Source: the human T2T-CHM13v2.0 reference genome, Homo sapiens. Taken from it: 64,000 bases of DNA. The position numbers were made by a program, and so were the translations under genes. The stretch's first letter is position 1. Every line of letters starts with the position of its first letter. Positions 56,116 through 64,000 of the stretch are shown here, piece after piece. The notes under the pieces were generated by a model. The model did no database searches, had not been told where the DNA came from, and worked only from the letters and a program-made list of their open reading frames with translations. The stretch lies in the NCBI RefSeq assembly GCF_009914755.1, contig NC_060925.1; one strand, given 5' to 3'.

Positions 56116-58824
56116 ACACTAGGAATTATTTGCTATGGAAATAATTTTAGAGGTGATTCAGATACAGTTATAGGCACTAAATGGTCACAGATAGATGTAA
56201 TTGGGCTGATTATATTAGACAATTTGCAGCAGCTGAAACAATTTTAAAAGGCTGTTTGCATTGGGCCAATGGGTACTTCAATATTATTGTCACCTTATGT
56301 ATGAATTAAAAAAGGATTTAGAAATTTATTATAAATACACATTTAAGAATATTCTAGAATCATATCACTTTTGGTTGATTGAGATAGTTATGATTATTCT
56401 GGTGATTATACTAGCTATTTTGACATCCTGTATAATATAGTTTATTGAGTTTATTGTACTAATATGTCTTTCCCCAGAGCAGAATTATCTCAAAAATTTA
56501 AGCAATGAATATAAATAAATAAGAACATCTGGTGGAGGAGTTGAAGCAGATGTGCAGATTGAGGTACATCAAAGAAAAGCCCGTTATTATCCTGGTAACT
56601 GGCTAGTGCTGAACGATACAAACAACTTAAAGAAATGGAATTAGTTGTTTAGAGATGTCAATTCATCTAAGAAGAGATCCTAAAAGCAGTAAATATTATC
56701 ATAACAATAAATGATTACAAAGTATACAGTTAATGTTTATATTGGTAAAGTCCTTCAGTAGAAGATGGATTTAAGACACAAAATATCAAGTGTTTTTGGT
56801 TCTGTTTGCTAGAGAATGGTTTCCTAAAATATGATAAGAGCATCTCTCTGAGATTTTCTCACATAGCATTGCACATACTCGATAGATTATTGTTCCTGAA
56901 CTCATAGGTTACATGTGGTGACTGACATGTTTTGTGCTATTACATGGGATTGCAGTGTTAGAAGGATCATGTGACATGCCACTTTTTAATGCAGAGAGCC
57001 TTATTCCAAGAATGATTCTGTTTGATGTTATATAAGAGGTTGGTCTTCAAGATTGAGTTTAGAGAATGGGACAGAATACTAAAAAGATTTATGGATAATA
57101 AATCTAAATATATGAATTTTCTTTGACATATTGCAAGGTAGGAAAGGATAGTGTGCCGGCTGCTGTAAGTAATTTCTCTATTATATTTTTGTTGACTTTT
57201 ATAGATTCTTTCTTCTGAAATACTTATAGGCAAGTTAAGCAACAAATATGTAGGTATGATCAGTCTTTTCCCAGATGATTTTACAGGTGTCAAAGGCCAA
57301 AACCCTGTACTCTGGGTAGGTTGAGAATTACCTTCGAATGCCCTGAACCTTCACCACAGAGGAAAAAAAGTGTGAATCCTACAAGTTGAGTGTCATGGGC
57401 CAGCAAAAAGAGTCTAAAACCCCTTCTTCAAACGTCACAAACTAACTGGGAAGGCTGAGCACAGTTCTCAAAAGTGTTAAGTAATATAGTTACAACCCAA
57501 GTAAATTTGGAGTGCCTAGAGCCACAGTGCAGTAGCTAAAAACCCCACAAATATGACTGTAAAAAGTATTGAAATGTAATAAAAAGCCTTCCCCGAAGGT
57601 CTCTTGAACAGGTAGCAAAGGAGAAATTTCCTAACATTCAGAAAACTTCCAAAAAACTCCTTTACTTATCTCAACCAAACTCTAGACAAACTGGATTTCC
57701 TAATTAATTCATCATCATTCCCTCTTTTGCAACTCCTTTCCCCCACTTTTTGGATTTTTTCCTCTTATTGTCAGAATACAGTAATGCTTTTTCTTATGTA
57801 ACTTAGTCTATAGCATTCTGTCCCCTTTTTGAGTTCTGCATCTTGTCTTGTTACTCTGCTCAGCACATTAGGACTCAACAGGCAAGCAGTGTAACAAAGA
57901 ATCCTCCTTAGAAGGGAAGGGAAGGAAAATATTGCAAATACTTAGGGATTTTTGTGCTTATCAACAAGATTTAAATGCTATTTATTAAAGCAATAGAAGA
58001 AGTGCCACAAAGTCTCATGCAATAACTGCTAAATGGGTGGCCTAGGCAGGAAGTAAGAGAAGTAGTTCTTCACTTTTAGCCATGGTGACCAAGAGAGAAT
58101 TGATAGGGAAGGTAAAGAGAAAGTGGGTAGAACTTAAATTGGAGAAGAGAAAAGGCTAAAGGATTTTGTAGACAATTAAATATTTTAAGAATGTATCCCA
58201 AGCTTTATAAATATAAGCTCCTTGAAGGCAGAAGAGTTTGAAAAATTCTTGGCCTATGTAGTAGTAGAAAATAAATGTTTGTGGACTGAATATAATCTGT
58301 ACTATATTTGTGGAATAATATAATTTGTAGAATGTATAATCTGTGGAAGGTATAATCAGTTTTTAAAATTATTATAAAATGTTTTACTATTACAAACTCT
58401 CGAGCAACTATCCTTTGCCACTTTAAAATATTTGATGTATCTGAAGACTTTTTTTTCTCTCCAAGGTTCCAGATGTGTTTTCTTTGCTACCATAAATCAT
58501 TAAGTGAGAGCTGATATGTTACAAAGGTAAACATTTTCCTTGTCTGTATTTGGATCTATGTCAATGACTTAAAAATTTTAAATCCTGCGATAGTAGTGAC
58601 TTTACAGTAAAAAGCTCTTTTAAGACTTTTCTGAGCTCACTTGAGCCAGCATTCAATTTGCATTTCTTTCTTTTCTTTTCTTTTTTAAAACATAATCTGA
58701 ATATAATCTTAAGGAATATCTTAATCCCTCTAAGACTCTTTAGAACGGTGTTTTCTAGGCTTTGTGGACTATTGGCCAGTGTAAGAATTGCATTTTCCCT
58801 TATGTATATAATCTATGTGCATAT

Positions 58825-58825
<1 letters not shown>

Positions 58826-58858
<33 letters not shown>
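58826..58858 (+). repeat. (CA)n microsatellite
   Basis: Directly visible. Confidence 0.97.
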
Positions 58859-58862
<4 letters not shown>

Positions 58863-61684
58863 TGACAGTTTTTGAAAATAAGGCTTACCTTTATACCTGT
58901 GATGCTCTGCTAATTTCTACTCTATTCTAGTTTGTGGAAAACAATGCTGATCCAGGAACCACTGAATATATTTCACAGCCTCAAATGAATCGGAGCTGGC
59001 AGTTTAAGAAATAAACTGCTCTGGAGCAGACATCAAAACAAAGCAAAATAAAAACAAACAAAAATGCACATAGAAACCAGTTATTATAAATATGTGAATT
59101 TGCCTGGATATGACAATAGTTAGCCTGTGGATAAATTGATAAAGTATATAGTCTTTGTAAGGCTGTTGAAAAAGTCTTAAAAAGGAACAACAAAAATTAC
59201 AACAGCAAAACAAAACAAAATTTATTGTGTAGGCTTCATAAAGCTAGTCTGGGCCTAATTTGACCCATGGTCAGTTGGTTTGTCACTTCTGTTCTAAAAG
59301 GCAGAATGCAATTGAAGATGTTTTAAATGAATTGCAATGGTCTTAAATGTGAGAGTTTAATTTTACTCTAACTCACTGAGTTACCTTATCTATCTCCAAA
59401 TTCTTCTCTTTTTAGGCATATTAGCAGAAATTTTTCTGAATGACAGGAGAAATTTGACCTTTCAATAAAATAGAAATGATGATATTAAGTTTCAGGTGAA
59501 TTGCATGGATCAATTTATCCAATCAAAAGTCACCCTCTGACAATTTTTCTATTGAATGGTATGTGCATGTGTAATTGTTATTGTCATAATTATCTTCTTA
59601 TTATTTTATGTGTAGCCCATGTTTGAAATTATTTGAAATTTCAATATTTGACTCTTTTAAATATTAAAACATATTTTCTTTCTTTTAACGTTCAATTAGT
59701 GTTACACTTGACCTTAAATTCTGCTTTCTTATTCCCCATATACACTTAGAGACTGATTTTTGTTTTGCACAGAAATAAATTTTAACTTAAAATAATTTCC
59801 ACACCTACTTTGTTTAAAGAAGAGCTACGAAACATTAAATTTAATTTATGAAGCCTTCTATTTGTGTTCCAGTCCTCTGCACATACACACTGTGTTAATG
59901 CTATGTCTCTATATGCCAATGACATTAGAGTTTCTGGCAAAACTCAATATGTAATCAATTATCACCTGTCATGAATGACTTTTAAGATCCAGCCAGATAT
60001 TTTGGAAATACCGCTTAGTTCCACTGAGAAGGAAAGTCTCCCTCTGAAAGTGGTATGGCCCTCATCTTTAAATCTCTTATTCAAAGGCATTTGGACAACT
60101 TTCAGTTTAAGTCAATGTGCAATAAAGTCCAGCAACTTACATCTTAAAAAAATAGAGTTGTAGCTATTTCAAAATGAGTTCAAGAGTATGTTGTTGCTTA
60201 GAAATGATAACAAATCTTAAATCATTTTTTCCCTCTATAGGGGAGCACAAGAATCTTATATGCACCAGTTACAGGCCAATGCCTTTTTTTTTTTCCTTTC
60301 TCTTTAATGCTTGTGTTGGTTTCAAACTCACCAGTTAAGAAGAACTGGAATCTGCCTCCTAGGATTCCAATAGTGTGCTTTCTTTTCCTTTTCTTTTTCT
60401 TCATTGATTCTCTCAGAGAAAACAGAAATCAATTATTATCCTGCCAGCTGGAGAAAATCACTGATATCCAAACATAATGGCTTTTCTAGGCATAGCATAT
60501 ATACACATTTGGAGGTCATGGTCTTATCTATAGTAGATGTTCAACAAATGCTATCAAGAAACGAACTCCCTGAACAATCTGGATCTTAAGTAGGTAATGT
60601 AAGGCCACTTTCCCTAGTTTTAAAAAGCTGCAGTAAGTTAGTTTCCTGGTGATCACATTGCTCGGTGGGCTCTTTGAAAAGTATTGCATCTGCGCATGTT
60701 GATTCCCTATGTTTGAACTTGGATATCCTCATTTCTGAAAGGTTGGATTAGGTGGTCAGATGATGTCTGCCAGTTTCAACATCTGAAATGCCTCTAGTTA
60801 GACCCTCTAGCCTGCCTTGAAGGGAACAGGCTTTCTTAAACCTCCAGGGGGCAGCCCCATACCAGTTGTTAGGAGAAATAGGATCAGCTCATTGGGAGGA
60901 AGAGGATAGACCTTCTGTCCCTTGCTCAGGCAAACTATGCGTGGACCACATAGAGCTGCTGTCATGGAAATTTGCATGAAATACACAGCACCTTTGATGG
61001 ACTCAGCCTGGTGTGGAGTGAGTGTGGGGCATAGAGGAGCTGCTTTTATTGGTGACTAAACTGTCAAGGTTGATAGCTGTAAATCTCAGTTCCACCACTT
61101 GTAGATATTTTCAGTGAGACCTAGAGAAGAACAGGTGTTTGTGGCCACCAAGTGACCACAGGTGAGAGATTAGAGTAGTAGATTCACAGTAATCTGTTTC
61201 CCTGGGTTTGAGGGAATAAAAACTATGTATATTCATTGTGTTTGTATATGTATGAGTATATGCTATTAAAAATGCACACTTGGGACAATTAACAACATCA
61301 TTCAAATACCTGCATTGGGAATATTTGAATACCTGCGGTTCTCTTAACTGTTTATGCATCAGCTATCCACTTAAGTTGATAGTTGTTCAATAGCTGATTC
61401 TAGAAGCTCTAAGAGCCAAGGTCTTGTGAGGATCCTTGGTTTGATCCATTTTTTGCTGTATAGATTTGCCTTCCTTTCTTCAAGGAGATAAGAATGAGGA
61501 TGGATTCTTTATTGATAGATCAGCAGTTTAATGCAGATTGAATTCCAAACATATTTGTTAAGCATATTCTGAGGGTGGTGGAGGAATGGGGGATGCTTAC
61601 AAAACACTAATATGTGTCTTTTGCTCTCGGTGAGTTTATATTTTAGCAGGATATGCAAGAACATAAAATAAGCATCTAAGTAAC

Positions 61685-61995
61685 TGCTGGGCATGGTGGC
61701 TTATGCCAATAATCTCAGTACTTTGGAAGGTTGAGGTGAGCAGATCCCTTGAGTCCAGGAATTCGAGACCAGCCTTGGCAACATGGCAAAACCCAGTCTC
61801 CACAAAAAATACAAAAATTAGCCAGATGTGGTGGTGTGTGCCTGTAGTCCCAGCTACTTGGGAGGCTGAGGCGGGATGATCACCTGAACCCAAGAGGGAG
61901 GTGGAGGTTGCAGTGACTGAAGATTGCTCCATTGCACTCCATCCTGGGTGACAGAGCAGGACCCTGTCTCAAATAAGTAAACATAATAAATAAAT
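61685..61995 (+). mobile_element. AluJb-like
   Basis: Diverged dimer with a (TAAA)n tail. Confidence 0.92.
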
Positions 61996-62392
61996 ACATA
62001 ACTGTATTGTTTTCCTTTTTTTGGAGGAGGAAGTTGGATGCTAGGGAAGTTTGCAGAATCTAGCTACATTCAGAGAGGTCTGTTCTCGAGTACAATGTTG
62101 GAGGAGAATAGAAGCTTTTCCTCTCCTCCTGGTGTTTGGAATCCCTAATTCCCAACTGTAGAAGGAAAATATCAAGCAGGATATAAGGAAGACAAATAGT
62201 AACTACTCCAAAATTAGCACTAAAAGGAAGTAACACTGTGCTTTGCTGAAAATTTAAGGTGAGGCAAAGGTTAAAATATCAGTATTCCTCTTGCACCTAT
62301 TTCCATGAGAGATGCTTCCTAGAGGAAAGCTTTCATTTGTAAGTTCCAAGCACTGTAAGGGCTGCTTGAGCATTAGTTGAATGTTTCACATG

Positions 62393-62445
62393 AACACACA
62401 CATGCACACACACACACATGCACACACACACACACATGCACATAC
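62393..62445 (+). repeat. Interrupted (CA)n repeat with CATG spacers
   Basis: Directly visible. Confidence 0.9.
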
Positions 62446-62739
62446 AAGTTGCTGAAGTGGTTCTACTCAAGTAATTCAGCAGAAAGGTAGCAACATTTGA
62501 ATGTTATCTTTAAAAAATAAAAAAAACCAACTAGGACATCTATGCCTCACATTTGGAAAGGGATAAAGGCTTACCTTTAGCTCAGTACTATTAATTATCA
62601 TTTTTTCCTCGGCACTATTCTAAGTGCCCATAAGCCTATTTTGAGTATAATTTCCTGGCAGGCAATCATAATGTTTATGGGAACATCAAAGAATGGCAAT
62701 AAATAAAATTGATAAGCCACATTAAAAATAATCCCCACT

Positions 62740-62863
62740 GGATTAAGATGGAGGATAGGAGGCAGTACTACCTTGCAGTTCATGCTCAGAAGGACAGAGC
62801 AACCAACGTGTGGAGACGCACATCATGAACTTTTGCTCCAAGACCTACCACAGGAACATACCA
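62740..62863 (+). mobile_element. L1PB/old L1PA 5'UTR start
   Basis: aagatggaggataggaggcag..ggacagagc..gtgtggagacgcacatcatgaacttttgctccaagacctaccacaggaacatacc resembles the L1PB 5' end. Confidence 0.7.
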
Positions 62864-63394
62864 GTGAGGACTTGGAGAACTTTTCTGTCTTACAAGAGGG
62901 TTGTAAAAACGCACCAATCAGTGCTCTGTAATAATGCACCAATCAGTGCTCTGTAGCTAGCAAGAGGATTGTAAAGTGCACAAATCAGTGCTCTTTAAAA
63001 TGCACCAATCAGTGCTCTGTAAAACGCACCAATCAGTGCTCTGTAAAATGCAACAATCAGCGCTCTGTAAAACACACCAATCAGCAGGATCCCAAAAGTA
63101 GCCAATCACAGAGAGGATTGATAAAAGGGCATTCTGATAGGACAGAAATGGAACACGGGAGGGGACAAATATGGAATAAAACTGGCCACCCAAGCCAGCA
63201 GTGGAAATCCGTTCAGGTCCCCTTCCAAGCTGTGGAAGCTTTGTTCTTTTGCTCTTCACAATAAATCTTGATGCTGCTCACTCTTTGGGTCCATGCCGCC
63301 TTTAAGAGCTGTAACACTCACCATGAAGGTCCACGGCTTCATTCTTGAAGTCAGAGAGACCACAACTCACTGGAAGGAACCAACTCTGGACACA
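62863..63394 (+). mobile_element. LTR12F-like 5' LTR lacking its first ~33 bp
   Basis: Collinear with 24106-24986 from agtg.ggacttggagaacttttct to g.acaca. Tandem CCAAT repeats. Confidence 0.92.
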
Positions 63395-64000
63395 TCTTAG
63401 GGGCTTGTCTAGGATATCACCATGCGGTGAGTCCCATTGGACCCCTTTCACTTGCTATTCTGTCTTTTTTTACTTAGAATTCAGGGGCTAACCACCGGGC
63501 ACCTGTCGGCCAGTTAAAAGTGACTAGCATGGCTGCTGGACTAAAGACATGGGTGTCAGGCTTTCTGGGAAAGGGCTCTGTAACAACCCCCAACTTTTCA
63601 GAGTTGGGAGTGTTGGCTTGCCTGGAACCAGCTTCCACTTTTTCTGTACTTCCAGGCTGAGCTGAGGGTAGACCAAGAGGAAAGCCATTCAGCTCTGGGG
63701 TCCTGATAAAAAGTTGGTTGGCCCTACAGCCATGAGCAGAACTCTCAAAGTTACGTGTCTCAAACAAGATTTGTCCATCTATCCTATTTTTCCTGACCCT
63801 TGCCTCCTGGGTCCTAAAGCCTGTCAGACAAACTTCCTCCTGCTTCTCTTTTCTGAGGCTAGTCTTGCTTCTAAAAAACACTCCCTGTCTCTGGTGCTTT
63901 TCTAGTTTCTCCTATAAGAATGATTTCTAGTATAAATTTCCAGACCCTGTTCCCTTCTTTAGGCACTCAGCCTCACCAATCAGAAAGACATAATTTTTGC
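63395..64000 (+). mobile_element. HERV9/HERV-W-like internal leader (provirus runs off the right edge)
   Basis: PBS-like 18-mer at 63398-63415. Donor GCG|GTGAGT at 63426/63427. Leader motif gggcacctgtcggccagttaaaag..gggtgtcaggctttctgggaaagggctct. Confidence 0.85.

Noticed and set aside
57285-57720. Possible old LTR fragment
   Set aside because: I could not match it to a family or define its termini.

Overview
Primate (almost certainly human) genomic DNA, AT-rich and dominated by interspersed repeats. The only protein-coding sequence I can support is the first coding exon of SPAG17 (axonemal central-pair protein, PF6 orthologue) on the minus strand at 22378-22464. It lies in a CpG-rich promoter with two RFX X-box matches. 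Positions 1-22377 are SPAG17 intron 1 and the rest is upstream intergenic DNA. Repeats include nested L1s, L2, MIR, Alu, MaLR LTRs, DNA transposons, a solo LTR12-type LTR about 1.6 kb upstream of the ATG, and the 5' end of an ERV9/HERV-W-like provirus at the right edge. I found no convincing novel multi-gene system. The observations most worth following up are: (i) four short local direct duplications of non-tandem sequence, one coinciding with a candidate plus-strand exon; (ii) an Alu that shares its target-site duplication with about 115 bp of foreign DNA; (iii) a tRNA-Pro-type primer binding site on the ERV9-like provirus, whose LTR is fused to an L1 5' end; (iv) a perfect second splice donor reached by an open frame from the SPAG17 ATG. 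Repeat subfamily names and boundaries come from recognising consensus sequences by eye and are approximate.
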